NCBI RefSeq assembly: GCF_964355755.1
Contig: NC_092671.1
Coordinates: forward strand, 7,130,001 to 7,194,000
Direction: 5' to 3'
Length of the DNA stretch: 64,000 nucleotides
Source of the DNA: Antedon mediterranea
Lineage: Eukaryota; Animalia; Echinodermata
Below are positions 1-13,528 of the stretch, one piece after another. The notes under the pieces are model-generated. The model saw nothing but the letters and a program-made list of their open reading frames with translations. It was not told where the DNA came from and did not search any database. Numbering within the stretch: the stretch's first letter is position 1; every line of letters begins with the position of its first letter. The position numbers and the translations under genes are program-made.

Positions 1-126
1 CTCTCAGCGCTTTGGGACAATTTTTTGACTGATAAATCGAACAACATTACATTGAACTATAATATCTCAATACTTTGATACATGTTGGATTTAATATGTA
101 TAACAATTGTATTGCTATTATTACAG

Positions 127-2778
127 AGTGGTTCAATGTTTGAACGTTCTGCCATGATTGAACTCAACATATCACGTGCAGTTGACGCCAATAGGCAAGT
201 GGCTTCTATATTAGGGTGTGAGACGACGTCATCATCATACATGATCACGTGCATGCGCAACGCTAGTGTAAATGATATTCTAGCAGCCACGGGTGAGGTA
301 AGTTTGACTAATGACAAACGACTTGTGTTCTACGTAATAAAGTGGTGGTGTAGAAATTTGATATGATTTCATTTCATGCGCGCTTTTTTCGTCTTGCTGA
401 CAAAAATTAACATAGGTATCGATTCTAATGTACAAAACAGAAAACACAATATTAAAACAAATCGTTTAATTTCAAAGAAAAGTCTATAAAAAATTCATTT
501 TGCTGTAGTAGGAATTAACAGTTAGATTAAGATTAACTTATTACATTTTTTATCAACATGATTGGGTTTAAAATAGTTAGGCCTACATTTGATAGTGTAG
601 AAAGAACAATTCATTTTACCAATATACTATTTAACGTAGCCTAAATAAATAATAAATGTAAATTACTAATTTAGAAACATTTAGGTCACTAGCATAGGCC
701 TACTGTTTGTTTTTAGATGATTAACCAATGTTGTTCTCATGAAGGTGACACAGAGATATAATCTTCCGAGAAGGTCTCCTGTGTTTTATCCAGTTGTAGA
801 TGGAAAGTTTATTCCAGATCATCCGCAAAATCTCATTAAACGAGGAGAATTTAGCAAAGTTGATGTTATTCTCGGCACAAATCTAGATGAAGGAACATAC
901 TGGTTAAACCGAATTTACGATTCAAACCAACTTCTAAATGACGAACCTCCATTCATGAATCGTACCTACTTTCAAGATAATCTTCAGAAAGTTTACCAAA
1001 ATGAAAACATCCTGTTTGTTGAGTCCATTATGCAAGAATATACTGATTGGGAGTTTGCAGATGACTTGGAGTACAACCATATTTACCCCTGGGTTCTAAT
1101 ATCTACAGACGACATATTTCAGTGTCCAACTGACGCTACGGCTAGGACTTACGCAGACGCCGGTAGAGCTGTCTACCGATATGTAAATACGCACATACCG
1201 TCCCGACGCACTTTATCGGACGCATATAGACCCGAATGGATTGGAACATCCCATATTGATGAATTACCGTATGTTTTTGGGTGGTACTTTAATTCAGAAT
1301 TCGAAACCAAGTTTAACCAAACCGAAGAAGAAATTATGATGTCGATTAAAGTTATGCGTTACTGGACAAACTTTGTGAAAACCGGGTAAAAACCTTAACT
1401 TCAATTCCAATACTCCTTAAGGCCTGTCTACACTATCAAACTAGTTTGATAATGTACACCTTTAACTATCATTAATATTAATGTTATACTGTATACATAT
1501 TTCCTTTCTATGCAATCTGGCATTTGCACACGTAGGCCTACTACCACCAATATATATTTTACACGTTTATCACCGTACCTATTTGCCACTCTATTATCGT
1601 CACTTACATTTTTATGAGAATAGGTCTAATCCAACTTTCCAGGTTTTTGTTCTTCAATTTCACGTTCTGTGTAGGCACTGTATACCTTGGAATGTGATTA
1701 GGTTCTTCTTTATTACAGCGATCCGAATATGGCTGACACAGCTGATACGATTGTGGCCGAGAAATGGCCTTTATTCACAATTCCCGGATTAGAATATAAG
1801 AAATTATCACCTGAAATGGAAAATTCCCGAGCAGTCAACGCGAGAGAGTGTTCTTTCTGGGCGAACTATATTCCAAAAGTTTCTCTTTATACAGGTAATA
1901 ATAAATAAATAAAACATATAGCCTATATTCGATCATCCAACACTGAAGACTTGCCCTCGCTCATTGCGCGATATTTGGCCAAATCCAAATTGACCTGACC
2001 TTGACGGATTTCACTAAAAGTGTGTCAATGCTGTCTCATTTAGGCTAATTCCACTACAATCATGTGTATGCGTGTTTGGTGTAAAGGTTATGTAACCAGC
2101 CTATTAACTAACAATAGCTTCAGTCGACAACAATAGAACAGCAACGCAAAAAACACGGGTGAATTTGAAAAAAAAACTTGTATATTAAATCTAATTAAGT
2201 TTTAAAATTAAAAATCACAAATTATAACTCTTGTACAAAAATGAAGTTGTTTGGAGTAGTAGTTTTCGAGAAAATGCAATTTAAATTTACTTGTTTACTT
2301 TAAGACTGCTCACCGGCTTGTAAAAATTCTGTCTTATCTTTTAACACTAGCAGGTCTGAAAATAATTCTAAAAAGTGGTCCAGAATTGGGACCTTGGTCC
2401 GGATTTTCACCAAAATTGGGCAGTGTCGTCCTTGCAACAGGCGACATGTATGGTAGTAATTTGGAGTCATTCGAATCAAAGCGATAGAGTGATGACATTC
2501 AAACACACAAACCGAACAGATCAACATACTTGGCCAATTTTCAATTTGGCCAAGTAAAAATTAATAAAAAAATAAAATAGTTCAGACTAAAATGAATTTT
2601 CTTGAGGTATATTATCTATACGAAATTCCATTTTTTTTTTTTTTTTGCAGATGACCTTTCAGAACTGGAAATAGACTGGCGAAACAGTTATTACGACTGG
2701 AAATATTTTGCATTAAACGATTGGCAAAAGGCATTTGATGAATATAAAAACCAGAAGAAAGAATGCCCTAATCCATAG
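127..2778 (+). CDS. Cholinesterase/carboxylesterase-like protein, 3' four coding exons, with C-terminal WAT (T-peptide) tetramerisation domain; 5' part outside window
   Basis: Exons 127-297, 745-1385, 1719-1894, 2651-2778 join in frame with GT-AG ends. Motifs: SGS following the usual QSG, FYPVVDG, GTNLDEG (catalytic Glu), WIGTSHIDELPYVFG (catalytic His), YWTNFVKTG|DPN, CSFW. Last exon DDLSELEIDWRNSYYDWKYFALNDWQKAFDEYKNQKKECPNP* has the three-Trp spacing and terminal Cys of AChE/BChE T-peptides. Confidence 0.9.
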
Positions 2779-3513
2779 ATATCCATTTTTTTAAAAAGTT
2801 GTTGGAATATGATTAATCAATACACAGATGTTTTGTTAATAACTCGATTATTTATTAAGTTATTTAAGAGGTTTAGGTTTAGACATTTTACATCTGGATC
2901 TGGGCAGGAACGCACTGTGTAGTGCATTTATTGTGTAATTGTAATAATGCCCTTACGTAAATTTATATATAGATATCCGTAATTTCAAATAGTAGGCCTA
3001 CATTGTTGTTGTTATGAGCAGTTAAAGTGTGAAAAAGAATTTTAAAAGCACCAACATAAAAAGTAAGTTATATTTTGTATTTTGGTTTTATGTTTTCAAT
3101 TTCGTATTTATTGTGTTGTGTTTTGTGTTTTGAACTAATAAATAAATAATTTTAAAGATTTTCATGTTTCTGGGGGACAATACATCTTTATACATTCAGA
3201 AAAAAATAAACTAGCTAACAGTTGACATACTTTTGAGTGATGGTGGTGGTGAATAAACCATTTAAAATGATTTTCTTGTTAAAGCGCAGGTGGCGCCTCA
3301 TAGTGGACACAGTTATAGGACACTGATGGGGATGACTGGCATCTGGCATTTATGCTAGGCATAATTTTAGGAAATCTGGCATAATCTGGCATAATTTGAA
3401 AAACGCAAACATACAACATATTCACCACGATTTAGCATATTATCTGGCATAATTGCGAAAAAATCTGGCATAATTTGTACACAATCTAGCATAATTTGGC
3501 TGAAAACCCGAAG

Positions 3514-3547
<34 letters not shown>

Positions 3548-5066
3548 GCTTCCCACCTTTGTGGTACATAAAACATACACATAAACCGCCCTCTTATTCA
3601 CTGAATGCGCTCATTCATTTGTTTGCAGAGGGAGGGAATACTTCCCTGGTTTGCAATGCCACGATATCATTGAATTCTGTTACGACGACGAAGAATCCTA
3701 CGATTTAGATTATAAGTTGGTTTTTTATAATCAAATCATTATAATAGACAATTTTACGTAAGTGGTAATATTATTTAAGTATTATAGTATATAGTATATA
3801 TATTTAAGTTATTGAAGTATAGGCACAATAAGGGCGCGTTTATACAACACGCTATTACACGCATATTCAACACGCCTACGAGAAGTGTGTTGTATAAGAA
3901 GAGATTCCGTGTAATGAGATTTTAATTGCAAAAAAGCCTACTTGGCTGAATCCTTAGGATTATGAACTACGGTATAACACGGTATTACGATTTCATGTAT
4001 AACTGCAAGGTTTTTGTGGGGTTGACCTCGGCCCGTGCAACACGCTAAAAATTAAAGACGTGTTTATTTATTTTAGGGTGTTAATAATAAGCCTAGTAGG
4101 CCTATTAGTAGAGGCCACAACTTACTTGGCCTAATATAATAATTATTAACATGTAGTTAGTAGTTATAAAACCGACGTTTCAGCTTGTTTCCAAGAGTGT
4201 GTACAGAGGAATATTACTAAGTCTACACCCTAGAATATAATTATTATGTAATCTCTGCCTACTTATACCAACTATATTTGCCTTGAGCATGAATAAAATA
4301 TATAGGACAGGCATCACTGTCTATGAAAACCTAATCCTGCCACATGAATATAAATAAACCTATGTCGAAATTTCGACCTAAATGAATAGTGGCACTGTAA
4401 TTTTGTTTTTTTTTTCAAAAAGACGGAAAACTTAGGAAACTGTTTCAGGAGAAAGATATTTTAGTACTACGGCTTCGGGAATGGGAAGTTGTAAAATGGG
4501 ACTGGTAATGCTCATGAGTAGGCCTATGTAGGCCTACTAGTTGTTGTTGTGCACTGATTTAGTACGTCTGAGGGAACAGAGAGAAATTGAAATGTTCCAT
4601 TCATCGCTAAGCAATACATTTGTAGAAGCGTATATTAAATCTATTAAAATAGTACTTTTGATAAAGTTGCTGGTTTGTCTTCAACATTATGATGTTGTAC
4701 TCGAGATGTTTAACCGGTTTACAACAATTAAAAATAATTTATGTAGATTACTCACTTTTTATTTAAATAATTTTAGAATACTTTTTACAGTTCTTTTATT
4801 TTTATTTAAACTTAATTGAACCGAGATAAATAATTCAGTTTTGATTTTGGTTTGATTGATAACAAATAATTTATTTGACTTTAGTTATCACTTACTATAA
4901 AATGAGATAAACCAAGTTACAGTAGTAATGAGCTAGCAGTAGGCATATAACTCAATTGCCTGCGTTGCTTCATCGACACAAACAGTAAGTACTTTGTACT
5001 ACATTCTATATAGTCACTAGAATATTAAAATTAATAATACTGTACTATTATTTGTCTATAGAAAGA

Positions 5067-5951
5067 ATGGCTGATCAAGTTCGTGTAATCCTTTGGTGTA
5101 TACCTCGTACAGTTTCTACTGCCTTTTCAAAATGTATGAGCTACCTTGACAACGCGCAAGTCATAAATGAGCCGTATTTGTCCGCGTACTCCGTTGGACC
5201 TGAACGATTTCCTCCATCAAAAGGTTTGGAAAAAGATGCAGACATGTTCATAAACAAATCAAATGCCGTAGCTTCAGAATACGGTGGTGGTTTTGAAGCA
5301 GACGTGGCAACATACAAGTATGTTAAAGAGAATATTTTGGAGGCTGAATATCCAGGCAAGAATGTGGTATTTGTCAAAGATATGTCGCATAGCATCACAT
5401 GGAAACTCCATATGCTACCTAAAGGCTATCGACATGCATTCTTGATTCGAAATCCTGTCAAAGTGTTTCCTTCTTGGAAGAAAATGCTAAACAATTTTCA
5501 GAAGGCACTTTCTTCAGAGTTCCGCTTGGAGAACAACAATAATAATGTTCCAAAAAGGTATGGCTTTGGAGAAAGTCTCGAATTGTATGAGCATCTTATA
5601 AAGACCGGAATCGAACCAGACCCGATAATCATAGATTCTGATGATCTCTTGGAAAATCCAGAAATGATTTTAAGGGAGTTTTGCAAGCGCACAGGAATTC
5701 AGTATGACGACAAATTATTGAATTGGGATACAGGAGAAGGTGTTCTACAGAAATGGAAGGCTAATAATGTATATTTAAAAGGTCATAAAGTATTTGGTTA
5801 TTATGACAAAGTGCTTGCAAGTGAACGTTTTCACAAACCTGAACCGTCCGCTGATCGTGCGGAACTATCAGAAGATGTGAATACATGTATTGACGCCGCA
5901 TTGCCATACTATGAAAAATTGTATGCTCTACGTCTGTGTGGAGAAACTTGA
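5067..5951 (+). CDS. Sulfotransferase-like protein (Sulfotransfer_5 / BCAT-like N-terminal domain family), copy 1
   Basis: Uninterrupted 294-aa ORF from ATG 5067. LWCIPRTVSTA resembles the 5'-PSB loop, FLIRNP the 3'-PB motif; also NEPY, FVKDM and IDSDDLLENPE. A splice acceptor (tttgtctatag) lies just before the ATG. Confidence 0.85.
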   Translation: MADQVRVILWCIPRTVSTAFSKCMSYLDNAQVINEPYLSAYSVGPERFPPSKGLEKDADMFINKSNAVASEYGGGFEADVATYKYVKENILEAEYPGKNVVFVKDMSHSITWKLHMLPKGYRHAFLIRNPVKVFPSWKKMLNNFQKALSSEFRLENNNNNVPKRYGFGESLELYEHLIKTGIEPDPIIIDSDDLLENPEMILREFCKRTGIQYDDKLLNWDTGEGVLQKWKANNVYLKGHKVFGYYDKVLASERFHKPEPSADRAELSEDVNTCIDAALPYYEKLYALRLCGET

Positions 5952-7216
5952 ATACTTTTTAGAAAAATAGATAGTGTCGTCCAATAAAGTATAAATAAAG
6001 TGTAATGATTTTTAAAAAGTGAACATCAACAACCTCTCAAATACGATTGACTTGACTTCCGAACCTTGATCCTTCATAATATTCTCTATTCTAATATAAA
6101 TAAGCCCAATAATATATAAGGAAAAGTTAACAAATAATTAAATATTTTATCTAGATAAAGGCTATTTAATATTAATATGCAATTTCGTTTATTGTTTATA
6201 AACAAAACTGAGGTTGAACTACAGTATATTGTATTCAGATTTTAGTTTTAGATTATTAAATAAACATAATAGACTCTTGGTAATGGTGTTCATTTTTCAT
6301 ATTCCGCAAAAGCGCACGCGTACAAAAGCGCACGCGTACAAAATTAAGAGCGATATGAGATTTAACCACCTTACGATGTTTTTATAACCTCAATCATGGA
6401 AAAATAATTTTCCTGTTAATACTGGAAAGATTTAGATACAACTAAAACGATTGGTTTTATTATACAATTTTAAATAATCATTTGTGCTCAGATTCACTTC
6501 ATAGCAGCATCAATCGAATTTAATTCATCATTTTTACAAATTATTTGTGTTTAATTGTGTTTATCTGTAGTTGTTTATGCTTAGTATTTTAATTTTTCAC
6601 GCATGTACAAAACAAATCGTGTTGCAATAACTAATTAGGCCTAATACCCGTTTCAATGGATCTATAGTTTCGGACTTTGTTACTTAGCAAACAGTATTAT
6701 CCCCTAATATGACACTAAATACAGTTACAGTCACCAGGTGCTCCAATAAATCTACTTTACACTACTGCAGGTAAACATTTTATTTGTTAAATTTCAGCAG
6801 ATAATATAAGTTTTAAGTAAGATTACGGCCTTACAGCATGTAGAATTACAGTTAATTGTTTGTAACTACTGTAGAGTAGCTTTACGTCAAGGTGTTGAAG
6901 AAATTTGTCAGATGTTTGCCCTACTCTGACGTAATTTATACTAAGTACATTGAGGATATAGTACTTGCAAAAAAAATTCGCAAGTAATTCTAGGATGGGA
7001 CTCGAACCCACGGCCTCCATCGAGCTTGCGCTGATGGCTAGCGGTTAGATTCGAGCTCAGGTAAGCAGCGGGTACTGCACCAATCGCAAATTTGTTCTCA
7101 AGTATTCTCAATAAACTTAGTAGGCCTATAATGTACAAATTACGTAAGAGTTTAGAGAAAATAGTTGACCAATTAATTTTACCTTCATAGTTATTATTAC
7201 AGATTTGTTAGAAACA

Positions 7217-8098
7217 ATGACTGAACAAGTTCGTGTAATTCTTTGGTGTATTCCGCGGACAGTTTCTACTGCCTTTGAGAAATGTATGAGCCAGCTTGAC
7301 GACGTGCAGATCATAAATGAGCCGTACGAGTCTGCATTCACCATTGGACCAGAAAAGTTTCCTCCAGAAGAAGGTTTTGAAAGAGAAGCAGATATATTTA
7401 TAGAGAAATCAAATGCCATAGAGTCTGGGTATGATGGCGGCTGGGAGCCAGATGTGGCAACATACAAGTTTATTAAAGAGAATATTTTGGAGGCGGAATA
7501 TCCAGACAAGAATGTAGTGTTTGTCAAAGACATGTCATATGCCATTACATGGAAACTCCATATGCTGCCTAAAGGCTACCGACATGCATTCTTGATTCGT
7601 AATCCCGTCAAAGTTTTTTCTTCTTGGAAGAAAATGGTGACCAAATTTGAGAAAGGGCGTTCTACAAAACTACCTTTAATAAACAATAACTATGTTGTTC
7701 CAAAAAAATATGGTTTTGGAGAAAGTCTCCAACTATACGAGCATCTTGTAAAGACCGGAATCGAACCAGATCCGGTAATTGTAGATTCTGATGACCTTTT
7801 GGAAAATCCGGAATTAATTTTACGAAAATTGTGTAAGCGCACAGGAATTCAATATAATGACGACTTATTGAACTGGGATGCAGGAGAAAGTGTTACACAC
7901 AAATGGAAGGCTTCTAATGTATATATGAAAGGCCACAAAGTATTTGGTTATTATGACAAAGCATTTGCAAGTGAGGGTTTCCAAAAACCCGAAGAACCAC
8001 CCATTGACCGCACGAAATTATCAGAAGATGTGAATGTCTGTATTGACGCCGCATTGCCATACTATGAACAATTATATGCTCTACGTATATGTGCATAA
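7217..8098 (+). CDS. Sulfotransferase-like protein, copy 2
   Basis: 293-aa ORF, close paralogue of copy 1 with the same motifs; pyrimidine tract and AG upstream of the ATG. Confidence 0.85.
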   Translation: MTEQVRVILWCIPRTVSTAFEKCMSQLDDVQIINEPYESAFTIGPEKFPPEEGFEREADIFIEKSNAIESGYDGGWEPDVATYKFIKENILEAEYPDKNVVFVKDMSYAITWKLHMLPKGYRHAFLIRNPVKVFSSWKKMVTKFEKGRSTKLPLINNNYVVPKKYGFGESLQLYEHLVKTGIEPDPVIVDSDDLLENPELILRKLCKRTGIQYNDDLLNWDAGESVTHKWKASNVYMKGHKVFGYYDKAFASEGFQKPEEPPIDRTKLSEDVNVCIDAALPYYEQLYALRICA

Positions 8099-9072
8099 AC
8101 TTGCTTAAGAAAATAAACAGAATGATTTAAGTTTTAAGCTGAGAACAGTAGGTAAAAGTGTCTTCCTAAGTCTGTGTGTCATACAATTTTTAGGAAAATA
8201 AACAGAATGATTTAAGTTTGAGTGTGCCAAAAAGTTGATTCAAATTGTTTTCCATCACAAAATAATTCTAATTTTAATTTGATTCATCTGATTTAATTAA
8301 AAGGTACTCGTACCAAGCAAGATCGGTGCGAGACTAGGTAACAGAAATACAGATTTTATGCTTAAATGTTTTTATGGAATTATTCCAACTTCAACTTTTC
8401 AAACAACCATGTTCACGCTCTTTATGGGATTGCTAAATGTCAAGAATAGAAAAATATTAATTTTCTGCCTTAACACGTTCGGTAAACTTCAATCGATGTT
8501 ACTTTAAAATAAATAGTATTATATATTTACTTATATATTGTATTGATGTTCAGGCTGCACACGTGTGTTAAATATATTACTGAAAATTATAAACTCACCA
8601 TATTAAGTGAATGTAATTGATTACTTTATTGGTCAAGAACATTGTAATTATGAATCTCTGGGCCTAATAATAAACAAAACGCCAAAAAAAAAAAATTTTT
8701 TTTTTTTTGCATTTTCACCCCTACAGTAAACTGCAGTTTATTAGCGGACTGGATCTGAAGCTTTTTACTGCGGCCACATTATTTTTTCTTATAAGGTCAA
8801 GGCAGAAAACATGAATAATTCATGAGCTTGATTAGGCTCGTACATTTTACATGATTTCTGCCTTAATCTCATAGGAGAAAACAAAATTGTATTGTTTTAT
8901 TACTTGATGTCTCAAACCATGTATAATGAACGATTAATTGCTAAAACACGTTTAATATCACCGTTACTTACATTGTTATGAGAATAATCCAGGCTTTCCA
9001 TGTTCTGTGTAGCATGCACATGTATACCGTGGAATGTGATTAGGTCCTTCTTTATTACAGTGATCCGAATAT
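8099..9072. repeat. Segmental duplication: 3' flank of sulfotransferase copy 2, homologous to about 12410-13540; ends in a remnant of the esterase intron/exon junction
   Basis: Long shared blocks such as aagaaaataaacagaatgatttaagttttaag, gtactcgtaccaagcaagatcggtgcgagact and taaggtcaaggcagaaaacatgaataattcatgagc. About 9030-9072 (ggaatgtgattaggtccttctttattacagtgatccgaatat) matches 1689-1730. Confidence 0.85.
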
Positions 9073-11533
9073 TTACGAAATATAAAAATATATTTTTTGT
9101 AAAGTGTTTTATTCCATGCACCTTCCTTTGTATATTTACCAAATTTAAGTTCATTCTGACTTAAAATAGAGCTATACGAGCACGTTAAATATGGCAAAAT
9201 ACGTAATTTAATTGGTAAAATGGTAAAAATGGTTTAAAAAATAAGGCATTTTCAAAATCAAAATAACTCTTTAGAAGTTTTGTCGACCCCCAATTTTTTT
9301 TTCACGCTGCTGCTCTAGCCAGCTACGTCCCATGAGGACTACTCATTCATAAGCTAAAGCAAGCAGCAGTTATAGTAGGCTAGTATCTAAGGCCGACAGT
9401 TTTGTGACTTTGTAAACTCGACTATAATTTATAGATCCCAGCTGCTGGACCCAAAAAAACGTCTGGGAAAAGAGAGAGAGGGCCCACGGTTGAACGATTT
9501 TGGATTCTCGATTGGTTGACGCGAATCAACAGACTGGAAAGAATTTTCGTGAAGTCACGTTGTCTCTAGAGGGTATTCAGTTGCATGCCAACAGGTTGAG
9601 GTCACACACACACACACACATTAAAGTTAAATCATAATTAAAGAACTATCTTTGATTTGTATGTATTTTTCCAATTAAAGGACATCTTTTTAATAATTAA
9701 TCATAAATATATCTGAAGAAAGAACAATGATTAATTTTAAAATGTCAAGCAGCGTTTTTTGTAAGAAATATAAATTTTCTTGTTTTATTTTCAAGTAGAG
9801 TATAAAGTATAGCTATGATTTCATACATCATTAAGAGCTACAAACCATTGTGACTTCATGATATTGTTATTTATAAATAAAAAACACGATTTTCATATAT
9901 ATTTTAAAATCCCATTATACGATTTCAATCATAAATACACAACCCATATCAACTAAACTCACTCCCATCAATCTCATATCATGGGCTAACATTATAACAT
10001 ATTTATGTTCGCGTGCGCGCCATCGTGTTAGCGTTCGAGCACGTACATTTTACACAGAGAGCTAGAAATGCGATTATAGTAACTCTATGGTGACACTACT
10101 TGTCTCACACACGGATGGAGAATGAAAGCTGATCACGCCCTCATCGCGATAACAGTTATTGAATTGCATGCTGCTCAGATCTTACCTTAGATCTCTTCTC
10201 AGTCAGCAATTCGTATTTTATTGTCATCCCGAACAAACAAGATTTGTTTATTTTATTGTATACGTTCTGTTTGTCATTTAGTATTTGGACAACGACAAGT
10301 TCAGTAATGAGTAAGTCATTTTGTGGTAAATTTGTGGAATAGATTATTTATATAATATTATATTATTTTCATTGAATGTGCCGACGAGTCACTAGCCAGG
10401 AGTGCCACTTTCGGCGACCTTTTAATGTGGCGCAATGGCATTCAGCAGCGACTTTGTCATTGAGCGGCAGCTACACCATCCGGTGACTTGTGCATACGGC
10501 GATTGTATAATTTGGCGACTTTATATTTTTTGAAAACCGGTCAAACGTTCCAAAGTCTAGCAATTTGTCATGTTCTTTGAAGTGTTTATGGGTAATTTTC
10601 AGTAAACGTCTAAAATCGTGTCCCCATACATTAGTTTATAAACTGAAAATTCATCATTGAACAAATACAAATTCTTTATTTGTATCATAATCAACATTAT
10701 TGTTAAAATAATTACATATTAAACTAAAGATAATAACATTGATATTGTTTAATTAGCATAAACATTTTTTAGGCAACCTTCTAAATCCTCATGTCCCGAT
10801 CGTACATTTTCAATTTTATATAATCGCACGTCATGTGTATTGATAACTGGACTTTAGTTGAAATGAAAATATTTTTAAGAGTTATGGCTATTTATGTATT
10901 TTTTAAATTCAAAATATATGGACGTGCACAGTGCATGTTCACCTTGTATACCCTGTCTCTGCGTCAGTGCATCGATAATATTTTTGGAGCATTTAATGAC
11001 ATAAATCATACAATTAATGGGAAAACAAACATATTTTGGTTAGGCCTAGAATTAATAATGAAAATAATTTTATAATTCCGAACTATTTGTTATATCTTTG
11101 TTTAGGCCTATTCCCTAACTGTGACGGATATGACAGAAACATTGAACCATGTATTTATAATTAAATACGAATAAGATACGAAATGTAATACAGATTGCGC
11201 CTACTCTTGCCATGCAATGCATATTCATTTATCTGAAACAGGTTTTAAAATCGATTTTTATCAACCTGAAGAGACTCATAGCGTACATTTAAATGTATTA
11301 CGTCACAAACATTAACCGTGTTAATACTTTTTGGTGTTCTTTAATAATTTGTTATTGTACGTTAAATAGTTTACTATATTAACAGATCAGATTTAATTCA
11401 ACAAAACAATACAGTACTTAAAATACATTACAAATATTCACCTAATTCGTCAAAGTGACGAATTAAATTCTATTTTCATATAGTTATTTAAATAACTTGC
11501 TATGAATTGTCAATTTGTTCTAGTATAGGCAGA

Positions 11534-12409
11534 ATGACTGAACAAGTTCGTGTAATTCTTTGGTGTATTCCTCGTACAGTTTCTACTGCCTTTGAGAAAT
11601 GTATGAGTAACCTTGACGATGTACAGATCATTAATGAGCCGTACGTGTCCGCGTTCACCATTGGGCCAGAAAAGTTTCCTCCACCAGAAGGTTTGGAAAA
11701 AGAAATAGATATATTTATAGAGAAATCAAATGCCATAGTTTCGGGGTATGATGGTGGCTGGGAGCCAGACGTGGCAACCTACAAGTTTATTAAAGAGAAT
11801 ATTTTGGAGGCTGAATATCCAGGCAAGAATGTGGTGTTTGCCAAAGATACGTCATATGCCATCACATGGAAACTCCATATGCTACCTAAAGGCTACCGAC
11901 ATGCATTCTTGATTCGCAATCCTGTCAAAGTGTTTCCCTCTTGGAAGAAAATGTTAAACAATTTTCAGAAGACACTTTCTTCAGAGTGTTTGGAAAACAA
12001 CAATAATTTTGTGCCAAAAAAATATGGTTTTGGAGAAAGTGTTCAATTGTATGAGCATCTTGTAAAGACCGGGATTGAACCAGACCCGGTAATCATAGAT
12101 GCTGATGATCTTTTGGAAAATCCAGAAATGATTTTAAGAGAGTTTTGTAAACGCACAGGAATTCTGTATAGTCACGAATTATTGAATTGGGATGCAGGAG
12201 AAAGTGTTACACACAAATGGAAGGCTTCTAATGTATACATGAAAGGCAACAAAGTATTTGGTTATTATGACAAAGCATTTACAAGTGAACGTTTTCACAA
12301 ACCTGAACCGCCCGCTGATCGTGCAGAACTACCAGAAGATGTGAACGTCTGTATTGACGCCGCATTGCCATACTATGAACAATTGTATGCTCTACGTCTG
12401 TGTACATAA
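11534..12409 (+). CDS. Sulfotransferase-like protein, copy 3
   Basis: 291-aa ORF with conserved PSB and PB motifs; acceptor ctagtatag just before the ATG. Confidence 0.85.
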   Translation: MTEQVRVILWCIPRTVSTAFEKCMSNLDDVQIINEPYVSAFTIGPEKFPPPEGLEKEIDIFIEKSNAIVSGYDGGWEPDVATYKFIKENILEAEYPGKNVVFAKDTSYAITWKLHMLPKGYRHAFLIRNPVKVFPSWKKMLNNFQKTLSSECLENNNNFVPKKYGFGESVQLYEHLVKTGIEPDPVIIDADDLLENPEMILREFCKRTGILYSHELLNWDAGESVTHKWKASNVYMKGNKVFGYYDKAFTSERFHKPEPPADRAELPEDVNVCIDAALPYYEQLYALRLCT

Positions 12410-13528
12410 ACTTCCTTAAGAAAATAAACAGAATGATTTAAGTTTTAAGTTGAGAACAGTAGATAAAAGTGTCTTCCTATGTGTCATGTCAAATGGTTGA
12501 TTCAAATTGTTTTCCATCACAAAATTAATTATAACTTTAATTTGATTCATCTGAATTAATTATAGGGTACTCGTACCAAGCAAGATCGGTGCGAGACTAT
12601 AGGTAACAAAAATACAGATTTTATGCCAACATTTTTCTAACTTCAACTTTACAAACAAACATGTTCACGCCTGTTGCTAAATGTTAAGCATAGACAATTC
12701 TCTGTCTTAACACGTTCGGTAAACTTCAATCGATGTAACTTTTAAAAAATAGTATTATATATTTACTTATATATTTTATTGATGTTCAGGCTGCGTTAAA
12801 TATATTACTGAACCAAGTGAATGTAATGGATTACTTTATTGGTCAAGAACATTGTAATTATGAATCTCTAAGCCTAAGAATAAACAAAACACAATAAAAA
12901 ATGTCTTGTTTGGTTTTTTTTAAATAAAAACTAGTATAGTGTATTTTCCACCCCTACAGTAAACTGATGCCGCAGTTTATTGGCGGACTGGATCTGAAGG
13001 TTATTACTGCGGCCGCATTAATTTTTCTTATAAGGTCAAGGCAGAAAACATGAATAATTCATGAGCTTAATTAGGATCGTACATTTTACATGATTCCTGC
13101 CCTAACCTCATAGGAGAAAACAATTATAATATTGTTGTTTTATTACTTGATGTCTCGTATGTCTTGAAATCATGTATAATGAACGATTAACTATTGTCTA
13201 TGTTAAAGATAGCCGATCTACTCCCTCCTATATATAACCTAACCCTCAACTATAAAAAAAAATCGAAGATAGACTATTGCGCCATACATTACAAGCTCAA
13301 AAACTTATACAAATTATCATTATAACTATGACCATGCTTAGGCTTACACTACAAACAACTTCGAACAAAGGTCGAACAATTATTTTAAAATAATAATGTA
13401 TAAGTTCTAACTAAACAATGCTAAAAACACGTTTAATATCACCGTTACTTTTTTTATGAGAATAATCCAGGCTTTCCATGTTCTGTGTAGCACTGTATAC
13501 CTTGGAATGTGATTAAGTCTTTCGTTGT

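Noticed and set aside
3160-3190. 30-bp match to about 17260-17290 (ttcatgttt..ggggacaatacatcttta)
   Set aside because: Too short to interpret; probably a fragment of a dispersed repeat.
3338-3548. (TCTGGCATAAT)n array, poly-T run and ORFs 3367-3582 and 3496-3708
   Set aside because: Low-complexity repeat fragment with no definable ends; the poly-K and poly-F peptides are artefacts.
5141-5692. Antisense ORFs over the sulfotransferase genes (also 7126-7545, 11500-11736, 14782-15519)
   Set aside because: Shadows of the plus-strand CDS; they recur only because the genes are paralogous.
6985-7085. B-box-like GGTTCGAGTCC on the minus strand
   Set aside because: I could not fold a cloverleaf or find a proper A box; at most a degenerate tRNA-derived SINE.
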